Source: Cyanobacteria bacterium P01_D01_bin.156
GTDB taxonomy: Bacteria > Cyanobacteriota > Cyanobacteriia > Phormidesmidales > Phormidesmidaceae
Reading direction: 5' to 3'
Length of the DNA: 33,316 nucleotides
Assembly (NCBI GenBank): GCA_039024555.1
Contig: JBCCQQ010000065.1
Location: 1-33,316, forward strand
How positions within the stretch are numbered: position 1 is the first letter of the stretch; the number at the start of each line of letters is the position of its first letter. A program made the translations under genes and the position numbers. This document shows, piece by piece, positions 19,457-28,913 of the stretch. The notes under the pieces were generated by a model. The model worked only from the letters and a program-made list of their open reading frames with translations, made no database searches and had not been told where the DNA came from.

Positions 19457-20995
19457 GTGTCTAAGCGTAAAGGTGGCCCCCCACCTATTGTTTATATTGT
19501 CGGGATTATTGCGATCGCTTTTGGTGTTTTTAACTTTAGGGAAACCTTATTTTCAGCGTCTGAACAATCGTCATTAGCAAGTGACGGTGATTCAACCGAT
19601 CTGATGATTCTAGGGGATACCTTTAGCGGCTATAGTACATTTCGCTCCCCAGCATTTAAAGAAGAGCTCAATGAATTAGGCTTGTCCCTCAGTTTTGAAA
19701 ACGAGTTTGATCAAGCAGAAAGAGCGGCAAGATTGGCAGAGGGCAGTGCCGATCTGATTGTGACCACCTTAGATCAGTACTTAAAACATAAGCCAGACGG
19801 CAAAATTGTTGGTCTCATTGACCGCACCATTGGAGCTGATGCCGTGGTGCTCAATACCCCTAAATATGCAGACCTGAAATCTCTGAACGATCTCACCCAG
19901 CTGGTGGCCCAAGACAACTCTCTGAGTTTGACCTACGCCGTCGATACGCCGAGTGAGTTTTTAGCTCAAGTATTAGACATTCGCTTTGACGGTTTTAATA
20001 TGTCCGATTTTGAGCAACTTCAAGTTGCTGAAGCCTCAGAAGCCTGGGCAGAATTACAGGACCCCACCCAAAATATTGCAGTTGCGGTCCTTTGGGAGCC
20101 CTTTGTTAGCCAGGCCCGTGAAGCGGGGCACACCGTTGTCCTCTCTAGCAAAGATGCACCTAGTGCCATTTTGGACGTCATCGTTGCGTCAAATGACGTG
20201 ATCAGTCAGGAAGAGGAGACATTAACAGAGTTTCTATCGGCCTACTATCGACGAATGGATCAATCTGTTCGAGACAATACTCAATTGAAACAGCTGATTC
20301 AAACCGATGGGGATTTATCGGCAGCTCAGGCTGAGTTAGTTGTTGAAGGTATTGACTTTTTTACCTCAGTAGAAGCCGGACGCTGGATGGAAGATGGGAC
20401 CCTTTCTACACGTATTGATGCAACGTCAGCAATTTTGGTGCTATCGGGGCAGATGGTCCAGGTGCCTGCTGCTGAGGAACTCTATAGCGATCGCTTTATC
20501 ACTGCAGCCATTGCCAATACCCAGTCACTGATTGAAATGGTAGAAGCTGATGATCCTGAGCTGGCCCAATTCCTGATGGGAGAAGCCAGTACTGAGCAAC
20601 CACAAGCTGAGCTCACGTCAGAAGCTATTCAAAGCGCCCAGCCCATTGGTGACTTGGATGTAAAGGGAGAGGTTCGCTTTGGTTCGGGGTCAGCCATTAT
20701 CACCACCGAAAGCCAGCAGACCTTGGCCAATCTAGCTACCGAAATTAAGGAATTTAATACTGAAACTGTGGCTATTCGGGTGATTGGCCATACCTCTCAA
20801 ACGGGCGATCCAACCTTTAATCAGCGGCTTAGTCAGCAGCGGGCTGAAGCTGTGGTGCAGTACCTAAAGGGACAAGCTGTGGAGCACAATATTTCAGCTG
20901 AGGGTAAAGGTTCCAATGAACCGTTACCAGGTGTGGCTGGGAATAGTTCACAAAATCAGCGTACAGAAATTCGACTGGTGCGGATTAATCAGTAG
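19457..20995 (+). CDS. Membrane-anchored substrate-binding (NMT1/THI5-like) domain plus OmpA-like C-terminal domain
   Basis: N-terminal TM helix; GDTFSGY, DRTIGADAVV; GHTS...NQRLSQQRAEAV...NQRTEI; GGAG before GTG 19457 (ATG 19433 is an alternative). Confidence 0.8.
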   Translation: MSKRKGGPPPIVYIVGIIAIAFGVFNFRETLFSASEQSSLASDGDSTDLMILGDTFSGYSTFRSPAFKEELNELGLSLSFENEFDQAERAARLAEGSADLIVTTLDQYLKHKPDGKIVGLIDRTIGADAVVLNTPKYADLKSLNDLTQLVAQDNSLSLTYAVDTPSEFLAQVLDIRFDGFNMSDFEQLQVAEASEAWAELQDPTQNIAVAVLWEPFVSQAREAGHTVVLSSKDAPSAILDVIVASNDVISQEEETLTEFLSAYYRRMDQSVRDNTQLKQLIQTDGDLSAAQAELVVEGIDFFTSVEAGRWMEDGTLSTRIDATSAILVLSGQMVQVPAAEELYSDRFITAAIANTQSLIEMVEADDPELAQFLMGEASTEQPQAELTSEAIQSAQPIGDLDVKGEVRFGSGSAIITTESQQTLANLATEIKEFNTETVAIRVIGHTSQTGDPTFNQRLSQQRAEAVVQYLKGQAVEHNISAEGKGSNEPLPGVAGNSSQNQRTEIRLVRINQ

Positions 20996-21090
20996 AGTTT
21001 TTCCCTGGCATACCGCCTAAATGCCAAGCTTCCTGGGGCTGCGAATAAAAATTGTTCCAGACATTAGACTGCCAGACTGAACCTATTTCA

Positions 21091-21602
21091 GCCGTTGCTG
21101 ATTTCTGGGATGGACCGATCTGACGATGCTCGGCTGTGCCAGACTCTCTCAGAAAAAATCATCCCGAGGATCAGTAACGCCCTATTTCATCTATGGTAGC
21201 CCCGTTGTCCAGGCGTATAAGATTCCTACTGCCATAATACGTCCCATGTCAGCGCTGTGTACTATGTGTCGGTGCCGAACTCGGGCAATGATGAGGCAGG
21301 TAGTCTGGTGTTCTTTGATGATGTGCGATCTAATGAGGTGAGTCCTGAGTTGGGCAGTGAGAATACAATATTGTGATGAATTGGAATGCTCTAAATCAGG
21401 AGCAGGCGATGTACGAGCCCACAGAGGGGCGGTTGATTTTGTTCCTGTCGAAACAGCGCCATAGGGTGACGATGAATCATACAGAAGGAGTAAAAATTTC
21501 GTTGTCGTTTGATATTGTGTTGGCGGCGAAGCCAGGAAGTGAAGCAGGGGCCTATGAGTTTTTACTGCCGCCGCCAGACCAGTGGAAAAAGTTTAGTCAG
21601 TA
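21091..21602 (+). pseudogene. Decayed duplicate of the 2OG-Fe(II) oxygenase gene and its upstream region (copy of 29375-30216)
   Basis: 21091-21226 aligns to 29375-29510; about 330 bp including the start codon are deleted; 21228-21602 aligns to 29840-30215 with a -1 frameshift near 21367. Confidence 0.9.
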
Positions 21603-21605
21603 TTC

Positions 21606-22784
21606 CTAGAGTTGCTCTTTATATTTCTGAAGTATACGAATTGGCCTCAAAAAATAATACATAAAAGAAAAAGCAGCTGGTAAATCCCAATATGCCTTAT
21701 CTGCTGGTGTTAAAGTGAGCCACCCCGAGTGATTCATTAAGCCTATAAATGTTTTTAACTTATCAGACCAGCGCTCTCGAGTGCGCATATGAAATCGGCT
21801 TCGCTCGACTTCTCCAACTGGAGTAATGGACATTTGAAACAACTGTTGGTTGACTATATTTTCTAGCTCCGTGAGAGCTATTACATCCTTAACCATCCAC
21901 TGAGTTGCGATTTCAGGCAATTCTGCTCCTAACAGATTTTGTGCTAACGTTAGCCCCAGGCTTACTAGGCGTTGATACCCCCAACCCTGAGTTAAGGTGA
22001 TTACTTTATCCCAGTCTAAGGTTGAGCACTCAACTAATGCTGCCACATCGCAGATACGATTGAGATGCCTCCAATGCTCTTTCGTGCCATGCAAGCACAG
22101 CATGATTAAAGTCATTTCTGGTGTCAGACTAGTGATTGTCTGCCCTGCTAGCGATAAAGGCTGTGTATGTTGCCAAACATCCTGATTAGTTAAGGGATGA
22201 GACAGATGTTGAGGCGCAATCAAATTGTGCAGGTCAAGATTATATATACTATCTTTGCGCACTAGATGCGTCTCCCATGGTACCTCGATTTTGGGTTGAT
22301 AACCATCGGCTAGCAACAGATTTTTGGCCGTCTCAAAATCTTCGTCATAAAATAGAAAATCAAGATCACTAATCTGTCGGAGAGAGATATTTTTATAGAC
22401 AGACTGTGCTAGAACTGGACCCTTAAAGGGGAGAACTGCAAGATTTTGATCATCAAAGCGCTTTAATAGGCGACACAACTCTCTTGTTAAGAGCAAATTA
22501 TGATGTGTATTTTGTTGAAGAGAAGAGTTTACATACTCTAAAACATTTGTTGGCAACCTATTTGAGAAAAGCTGCTTTAAGTTCCAACAGATGAGGGGGA
22601 GAATTCCTTGTTGAGTGGCTGTCTGAAAAAATAATGACCAGTCAATGGTGGCTTGCAGCAGTTCCTTGATATAAGAGCAATCCTGTTCTGACAGGTTTAA
22701 TCGTACAACATGCAATATTAAGTTGATTTCTGATGGGTAATCAGTAGAAATCCTGGAGATAGGCTTTGTTATAGAAGCAACCAT
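21606..22784 (-). CDS. Nucleotidyltransferase family protein (lasso cluster tailoring, PsmN-like)
   Basis: FKGPVLA...RQISDLDFL, LDLH, LCLHGTKEHW..L..ICDV. Confidence 0.85.
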   Translation of the reverse strand: MVASITKPISRISTDYPSEINLILHVVRLNLSEQDCSYIKELLQATIDWSLFFQTATQQGILPLICWNLKQLFSNRLPTNVLEYVNSSLQQNTHHNLLLTRELCRLLKRFDDQNLAVLPFKGPVLAQSVYKNISLRQISDLDFLFYDEDFETAKNLLLADGYQPKIEVPWETHLVRKDSIYNLDLHNLIAPQHLSHPLTNQDVWQHTQPLSLAGQTITSLTPEMTLIMLCLHGTKEHWRHLNRICDVAALVECSTLDWDKVITLTQGWGYQRLVSLGLTLAQNLLGAELPEIATQWMVKDVIALTELENIVNQQLFQMSITPVGEVERSRFHMRTRERWSDKLKTFIGLMNHSGWLTLTPADKAYWDLPAAFSFMYYFLRPIRILQKYKEQL

Positions 22785-22853
22785 AGAACTAACGAAGGAT
22801 TATTTAACAGGGAATCAAAATCTGCAATAACTTTTTGATGGGTGACCTACAGA

Positions 22854-24698
22854 CTATTTACCAGTGCCTATAGGAATTATTGGGGCAACTTTGCTATCAG
22901 TGTTGACCTGAGCTGACCAAGACTGGGCGTATAGCCCACCTTGCATAATGAGTTCATCATGATGACCCGATTCTACAATTTGTCCCTCTTTCATAACGTG
23001 TACTATGTCGGCCCTTACTGCTAGGGGAAACCGATGGGTAACTAACAGGGCAGTTCTCCCCTGAGCCACTGTCTGGAATCGATCAATCCATTGCATTTCA
23101 GCCCAAGGGTCCATAGCACTAGTAGGCTCATCCAAGATGATCAGTGGCGCTTGCCTAAAAAAGGCTCGGGCCAAGGCTACCCGCTGCCATTCGCCACCGC
23201 TGAGATCGGTACCGCCGGGAAACATTTTGCCCAGTTGAGATTCATAGCCGTCAGGTAATCGCTGGATAATTTCATCTGCTCCAGCTACCTTTGCGGCTGT
23301 CTTGATACTCTCTTGGGTGGCGTCACGATTAATATCCCCTAAAGAAATGCTTTCGGCAGCACTCAAATAATACGGTACTGGATATTGAAATAGGATTGTA
23401 ATTCTACGTCTCAGTTCTCTTATAGAAAATGATTTTATGTCAACTCCGTTAAGTTCTATAGAGCCACGTTCTGGATCATAAAATCGGCATAATAACTTAG
23501 TCAGAGTACTCTTCCCAGCGCCATTATCTCCTACGATAGCAACAACTTTTCCAATCGGTATAGTCAAATTAAAACTATTGAGTATGAATCGCTGACTACC
23601 TGGATATCGAAATGATACATTCTTGAAACGAATTTCCCCAGAGATATTTGAGATTGGTTGAGGCTCAATGGGATCAAAGATGGTAGGTTGTAGATCGAAA
23701 AATTTGAATAAGTCGTCTATAAATAATTGGTTGCGATGGAACTGATTTAAATTGGTCATTACTGTACGCATCATTCCCTGGCTTCTATTTAAGGCTTGAT
23801 AGAATAATGCCAAATCACCTAAAGTAATAGCTCCTAACAGTGCCTGTTCAAACATCCAGAAAAAAGCAAAACCTGTCATAGCAAAACTTACAAGGCTTGC
23901 CACTAGACGCCTGACACTCTGACGACTGATTAAATTTAACTGTTCAGTCCGTAAACGATGTCTTATCTCTTGATAAGACGTCTGAAAAAAATCTCCTAGA
24001 CTAAAAAGTCTGACTTCCGGGGCCGACATGGAGTGAGTCAAAAGCTGTTCTTGATACTGTAACCATCGACGATCGGTTGTTGTATTGATTTGCCACCGAT
24101 ATTGTTCACGGTTGAGCCGTACTGCAATTATCAAGATTGGTAAAGCGCTAGCAATAATAAGAAACGGCATCCAGCTGCTGTAAGATAGCAAGACTGCTGC
24201 CATCGATAACAACGTCAAACTATTTTGCAAAAAGCTGCCGACGCTGTTGATCAGTGACAATGTCTGACCGCTAGCTCCATTTCTAATTCGGTTGAGATGA
24301 TCGTAATAATCAGAAGACTCGTAGCATGCTAGATCAATCTCAACTGACTTTTGGTGAATCAACTGACTGAGATGGTCATTGACTAATTCAGATTGTTGAG
24401 TGCGTACAAGGGTTGCTATATTTTGTAATACTTCCGATAGTATCAGGATACCTGCCATCAGGCTGACTGGTAAAAGCACATGGTTTATGGTGGCTTGTGA
24501 AAAGCCTTGGCCCATCACACTACTTAGGTCATCCACTAGCCACCGAGTAGTATAAACACTAGCGATGGGGATCAATCCCTGAACCAACAGTAAACCCGCC
24601 CAAGCCATTGTCCAATAGCGTGAAGCGGCCCAAATTAGCCGAAAGGTTTTATAAATTTGGGTAAGTTGGTGGCTAAATTGTTGATAACGTAAATACAC
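22854..24698 (-). CDS. ABC exporter, fused permease and ATPase (lasso D protein)
   Basis: TM domain, GDNGAGKST, LSGGEWQR, ILDEP. Confidence 0.92.
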   Translation of the reverse strand: MYLRYQQFSHQLTQIYKTFRLIWAASRYWTMAWAGLLLVQGLIPIASVYTTRWLVDDLSSVMGQGFSQATINHVLLPVSLMAGILILSEVLQNIATLVRTQQSELVNDHLSQLIHQKSVEIDLACYESSDYYDHLNRIRNGASGQTLSLINSVGSFLQNSLTLLSMAAVLLSYSSWMPFLIIASALPILIIAVRLNREQYRWQINTTTDRRWLQYQEQLLTHSMSAPEVRLFSLGDFFQTSYQEIRHRLRTEQLNLISRQSVRRLVASLVSFAMTGFAFFWMFEQALLGAITLGDLALFYQALNRSQGMMRTVMTNLNQFHRNQLFIDDLFKFFDLQPTIFDPIEPQPISNISGEIRFKNVSFRYPGSQRFILNSFNLTIPIGKVVAIVGDNGAGKSTLTKLLCRFYDPERGSIELNGVDIKSFSIRELRRRITILFQYPVPYYLSAAESISLGDINRDATQESIKTAAKVAGADEIIQRLPDGYESQLGKMFPGGTDLSGGEWQRVALARAFFRQAPLIILDEPTSAMDPWAEMQWIDRFQTVAQGRTALLVTHRFPLAVRADIVHVMKEGQIVESGHHDELIMQGGLYAQSWSAQVNTDSKVAPIIPIGTGK

Positions 24699-24794
24699 AG
24701 GTTAGAGAATCCTACAGGCTAAGGGAAGTAATCAGGTATTACTTGAGCAAGTTGTTTGATTAGAATTTTCTTGAATAGTCGAATTTAGGTTTAT

Positions 24795-25739
24795 TTAAAT
24801 AACATTTTGCACAGTCATCTTCTGAGATGATTGTGCATTTTTGACATGAGTTTCAACTAGTTGGGCTATGTTATCCAAATCATTAAGCGCATTTTTTCGC
24901 TTAAGAAAAAAGACAGGAACCTGTTTTAATATGCGAGTGCAACGTAGAAAATGATCAGACTTGCTTGTAACATCAAATATAGAACTACCAAAGCGAGCAC
25001 AGTACCAGTTACGCATAAGGGCATTCAGGGCCTGAGTACCAGATGGAGTCTCAATGTTGAGTGTTGCTCCTCCTGCTAATAGATAAATATGTTTGAGTGG
25101 CTGGGCAGCTTTTACTAAGCTTTTTTTAGACTGAAAATCTCGTTTGTCAATTTCAGGATGGAGCTTTGATAAACCCTCTGGTTGTTGCCCTAAGGCAAAA
25201 GCTGACTCTGGCCATAGTTTAAGTTGCCCATACCCTGGTAAAAGCATAGCTTGATGTGGATTACTCAAATCGATGGCTGTGACATCATCGGAAAAAAATG
25301 GATAACCGCGTTTATGCAAGGCTCCGGCAGTAGTTGACTTTCCCCATCCTTTGTTACCCATAAAGGCTACTGCACATCCATTTAAGGAAACAGAGCTTGC
25401 ATGTAATACAAATAGATTCCTTTGATGCAACAGCATTCCTAGACCGGCTCCTAATAAGAAGAGCCGTACTACATTTTTATCTGCATCTGGAAGGAGATTT
25501 AGAACGATTTCAGTCCCATTCCTAATCAGGAAAGTACCTATAAAAGGCCAATGCAAATAGACTTCATCCTTTTTGGGTGCTGCAACAAGGCATTGAGTTT
25601 GAGTTGATATAAAGTCAGGAGGTATAAAATCTCCTCGACTAATTGTGACATCTGTTGTTACAGCATCATTTAACGGACTTAATTCCGGCAAAAGCAATTC
25701 AGAGCAAATGGTTAAATTGTAAGCTCGGTAGAAAAACAT
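24795..25739 (-). CDS. HPr-kinase-like lasso peptide kinase (PadeK/PsmK-like)
   Basis: VLHAS, GNKGWGKST Walker A, SDD. Confidence 0.85.
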   Translation of the reverse strand: MFFYRAYNLTICSELLLPELSPLNDAVTTDVTISRGDFIPPDFISTQTQCLVAAPKKDEVYLHWPFIGTFLIRNGTEIVLNLLPDADKNVVRLFLLGAGLGMLLHQRNLFVLHASSVSLNGCAVAFMGNKGWGKSTTAGALHKRGYPFFSDDVTAIDLSNPHQAMLLPGYGQLKLWPESAFALGQQPEGLSKLHPEIDKRDFQSKKSLVKAAQPLKHIYLLAGGATLNIETPSGTQALNALMRNWYCARFGSSIFDVTSKSDHFLRCTRILKQVPVFFLKRKNALNDLDNIAQLVETHVKNAQSSQKMTVQNVI

Positions 25740-25800
25740 TTTCTTTCGCCGTAAATTATGAGGTTGCGTGTCTTGGAAAAAGCTGCCTTAAAGAAATAGT

Positions 25801-25834
25801 AAAAAATGCTTAGCCCCCGTTTTACCGGAGGCTA
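25801..25834 (-). terminator. Stem-loop with U-tract downstream of the precursor gene
   Basis: Minus strand TAGCCTCCG-GTAAAA-CGGGGGCTA-AGCA-TTTTTT. Confidence 0.6.
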
Positions 25835-25895
25835 GCTTGAGTCATCAAACTGAACTTTAGAAACTTTTTAGTCAGCTGAGAAACTCAATTACTCA

Positions 25896-26072
25896 CTATG
25901 ATCCACAGGCAAAGCCGAAGTCTTTTCTGTCGCACTTAGGGCCGAATACGCCGTCAGTACCATCAGCACCAAAGAAGGCATCTTCAACGAGATTACGTGT
26001 GCCTAAGGTGATCTCTTCGACGTCACCATGGACGATAAGAGCAGGTGCAGAGTAAGCTTTCTTCGTGTTCAT
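25896..26072 (-). CDS. Lasso peptide precursor (58 aa; not in ORF track)
   Basis: MNTKKAYSAPALIVHGDVEEITL/GTRNLVEDAFFGADGTDGVFGPKCDRKDFGFACGS*; GGAG RBS; YxxPxL leader motif, Thr at -2, Gly1, E7/D8. Confidence 0.93.
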   Translation of the reverse strand: MNTKKAYSAPALIVHGDVEEITLGTRNLVEDAFFGADGTDGVFGPKCDRKDFGFACGS

Positions 26073-26164
26073 TTATTTTCTCCAAATTGCTAACTGTTTT
26101 CTTGCATATTTCAAATCATTTTCTACTTAGGGTCTAGACATCACCTCCTTATTTGATCAAAAAT

Positions 26165-28117
26165 TTATTGAACATAACCTATCTGGAGACGTGGCGATAG
26201 TGCAGGTTGTTCATTTTGTTGATAACCTAACCACAGGCTTAGGACAATGATTTGCCACAGGGCTAAGTTTTTTTCTGATAATTTTTCATAGTTAAAATCT
26301 TTTTTTGTTGACCTTAATCTTGACAAATCAATATAGGGTTCTAGCTGACCTGACTCGTCAGAAAAAATGGCTTGGAGGTCAATATGCTTCTGGGTGATTA
26401 AGGTGTGACAAAAGTTATAGCCCAGATTGCCTTTGTCAGAACGCCAGCATACGTTGCTAGGCAGATGATTGTGCAAAGCTCGTCGGACAATCATGCGCGA
26501 TCGCCCATCTTGGATACGCTGATCGCTGGGTAGGGCCAAGCAAAACTCTGCTAATCGTCGGTCTGCAAAGGGAAATGTTGGCTCAATCGCAAAACTCATA
26601 CCTGCTTTACTGGCAATTTCTAGGGCCAACGGCATATCCCCAGAAAGCAAATCCCGGAAGCGACGATTTTTAGAAACACTCAAGTAAGGTAGAGGCTTAT
26701 ATTTGTCGGCACGCAGTCTACTGGGTAGAGAAATTCGTTCGACAAAGCTGGGGTTGATGAGAGCATAGTTGTCTTCAGGAGTAACTGGAGATGTCTGCCT
26801 TCTTGAACGTCGCCAGGCTTTTTTAAGTATGTTGGGAATTTTTTGTTTTAGGCTAAGTTCCCAGAGATAGCTTTTGAGAAGACTTGGAAATGAGTAGCCG
26901 GGCTGTCGCTTAGCTATCCCGTATAGCTGTTTGATTAGTGGGTAGTATTGGTCTGCCTGGGCTAAATCGATTAGATATTCCCATCCATGGCAGACTACAT
27001 TGTCCCCCATATACCCGTCGAGAAAAACCCTCACTCCCTGTTGTTGGGCAGCGCTGTAAAGACCACAGTGCATAAATAAATTGGGTGTTGCAAAGGGCTC
27101 ATCCTGATGCCAAAGCATCTTTTCAATTTGCGTTAGGGGATTTAGTCGATCAGCGCGTACAAAGTGAGGTTGTACCCCCCCTCGGTCGATTACCGCTTGA
27201 ATATAAGGACGTTCATCACTTTCAGGAACATCATCAAATACAGCTGAGAATGTGTGTAGAGGGTCTCGATTTTGCTGGGCTAGTTCTGCTTGAGCAACGC
27301 CTACAATAGAGGAAGAATCTAAGCCTCCACTCAAAGCAGATCCGATGGGATAAGCGCTACGCAAACGACATTTCACCGCCTTAGAAAAAATATCTAAATA
27401 GGCTTCTGCATATTCAGTTGCAGATGCTGGTTCAAGCTCTCTATTAGGGTCAAGAGACCAGAAAGGTTCGATGAGAAAGCGATTAGGGCTTACGATCAGC
27501 CGATGGGCTGGCGGTAGACGAAAAATATCTTGATAAAAGGTAATCGCCTTATCATTCAGCAATGAAGCTAGATGATCTCCTACCCTCACTTCATTGAGAC
27601 GTTGGGGCACCTGAGGCAGACAAAACAGTCCTTTAATTTCGGAACTAAACGTAAAGAGCTTTCGGGGGCCGTAGTGATAATAAAAAGGCCTTGCACCAAA
27701 GTAATCCCGAGCACAGAAAAGGATCTGATTGCGCCCATCCCAAATAGCAAAGGCAAAATCCCCCAACAGCTTTTCTGGACAGCGCTCTCCCCACTTCTCA
27801 TAAGCTGCCAGGATGATTTCACTGTCGGCCAATGGCTTTGAAGCATGGCTTTCTAGCTCCAAAGCCACGATCAGCTCATCTCGATTATCAATACGGGCAT
27901 CGGCGGTAATGGTGAGGGCACCCCGCTGCAGAGGCAGCTGTTCTGTTAGAGATTCTGGCGTGGTCCACAGCATGCGATGGCCTAATCCCACATTGCCAGA
28001 GGTCCAAATATCAGCCCCGTCAGGTCCCCGATGAGCTAGCCTATCCACCATGTTTGTCATCATGGTTGGTTCGACCGGGCGTCCATCTATGTAATATGTG
28101 CCAACAATGCCACTCAT
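26165..28117 (-). CDS. Lasso peptide cyclase (asparagine synthetase-like C protein)
   Basis: MSGIVG (no N-terminal Cys), HRGPDG, ALSGGLDSSS; adjacent to B1, B2 and the precursor. Confidence 0.92.
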   Translation of the reverse strand: MSGIVGTYYIDGRPVEPTMMTNMVDRLAHRGPDGADIWTSGNVGLGHRMLWTTPESLTEQLPLQRGALTITADARIDNRDELIVALELESHASKPLADSEIILAAYEKWGERCPEKLLGDFAFAIWDGRNQILFCARDYFGARPFYYHYGPRKLFTFSSEIKGLFCLPQVPQRLNEVRVGDHLASLLNDKAITFYQDIFRLPPAHRLIVSPNRFLIEPFWSLDPNRELEPASATEYAEAYLDIFSKAVKCRLRSAYPIGSALSGGLDSSSIVGVAQAELAQQNRDPLHTFSAVFDDVPESDERPYIQAVIDRGGVQPHFVRADRLNPLTQIEKMLWHQDEPFATPNLFMHCGLYSAAQQQGVRVFLDGYMGDNVVCHGWEYLIDLAQADQYYPLIKQLYGIAKRQPGYSFPSLLKSYLWELSLKQKIPNILKKAWRRSRRQTSPVTPEDNYALINPSFVERISLPSRLRADKYKPLPYLSVSKNRRFRDLLSGDMPLALEIASKAGMSFAIEPTFPFADRRLAEFCLALPSDQRIQDGRSRMIVRRALHNHLPSNVCWRSDKGNLGYNFCHTLITQKHIDLQAIFSDESGQLEPYIDLSRLRSTKKDFNYEKLSEKNLALWQIIVLSLWLGYQQNEQPALSPRLQIGYVQ

Positions 28118-28162
28118 AAGCTGTATTGCCTAACTGACAGATGAGGAGGGAGGGAGAACGCT

Positions 28163-28603
28163 TTAAAGACCAATGCTCTTTAATGAGGGGAGGGGGGTAA
28201 AGTCGCTAAGACCAGGTAAATTACCGATCAAAACTTTGTTCTGATGTTCTATCCAGGCATGGGCTGCCAGCTGCCCCTGACCATTCTTGGCGATGCCAAT
28301 ATACAACTGGTTACTATAGCCCCAACGATTAAATAGCACCTGGGCGGTCAATGCTTTAGCTAGGCACTTCGCTTGCTTGGGAGTATATCGACTGCTAGCT
28401 TCAACAGACCAGATAATTTTATTCAGAGGTATCCGAAATTTATTTTGAGAACCCTCAAAAGACAGCTTTGCCAAAATATTCCTGAGTCTCTGAAAAGGAA
28501 ATAACCATAAGCCTAATCGCACACCATGTAGAAGCATGGTCGTTTGTAGCAGTAGCCATCGATCCTCAGCTGTCAAGCGAAACAGCTTACGCACAAACCC
28601 CAT
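28163..28603 (-). CDS. Lasso peptide leader peptidase B2 (transglutaminase-like)
   Basis: KCLAKAL catalytic Cys, AHAWIE. Confidence 0.92.
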   Translation of the reverse strand: MGFVRKLFRLTAEDRWLLLQTTMLLHGVRLGLWLFPFQRLRNILAKLSFEGSQNKFRIPLNKIIWSVEASSRYTPKQAKCLAKALTAQVLFNRWGYSNQLYIGIAKNGQGQLAAHAWIEHQNKVLIGNLPGLSDFTPLPSLKSIGL

Positions 28604-28913
28604 AGTTCACCTCAATCAGATTAACGGCGTCCAAATCTGTGAGAATCTTTTGAAGATCTCGATCAAGAATCTCCGGTGCTACATCATACTCATGCAATAT
28701 AGTTTCGCGTATATCGCTAACGACTATCGTATCCTGAACCAGTTCCCATATTCTGATGCCCACACCAGTCAACCCATAGTAGACTCCAGAGTCAAGATGT
28801 AGTATGACGGATTCATCTCCCAGCTCAGATGAAATTTGACCGCTACACGCCTTGATGGAGGCGCTGAGCCAATTACTAGAAAGGTTTTGAGAAGCAGCGT
28901 AACTATTTTCCAT
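28587..28913 (-). CDS. Lasso RiPP recognition element B1 (PqqD family)
   Basis: ESVILHLDSGVYYGLTGVGIRIWELV...EYDV...LDRDL; overlaps the B2 start. Confidence 0.92.
   Translation of the reverse strand: MENSYAASQNLSSNWLSASIKACSGQISSELGDESVILHLDSGVYYGLTGVGIRIWELVQDTIVVSDIRETILHEYDVAPEILDRDLQKILTDLDAVNLIEVNYGVCA

Noticed and set aside
21126..21609. ORFs 21126-21341 and 21373-21609 as real small genes
   Set aside because: They are fragments of the decayed oxygenase duplicate created by a deletion and a frameshift
25896..26003. Aspartimide-type modification at the two DG motifs of the core
   Set aside because: No PIMT-like methyltransferase in the cluster
26165..28117. Housekeeping asparagine synthetase AsnB
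   Set aside because: It lacks the N-terminal catalytic Cys and sits between B1/B2 and a lasso precursor
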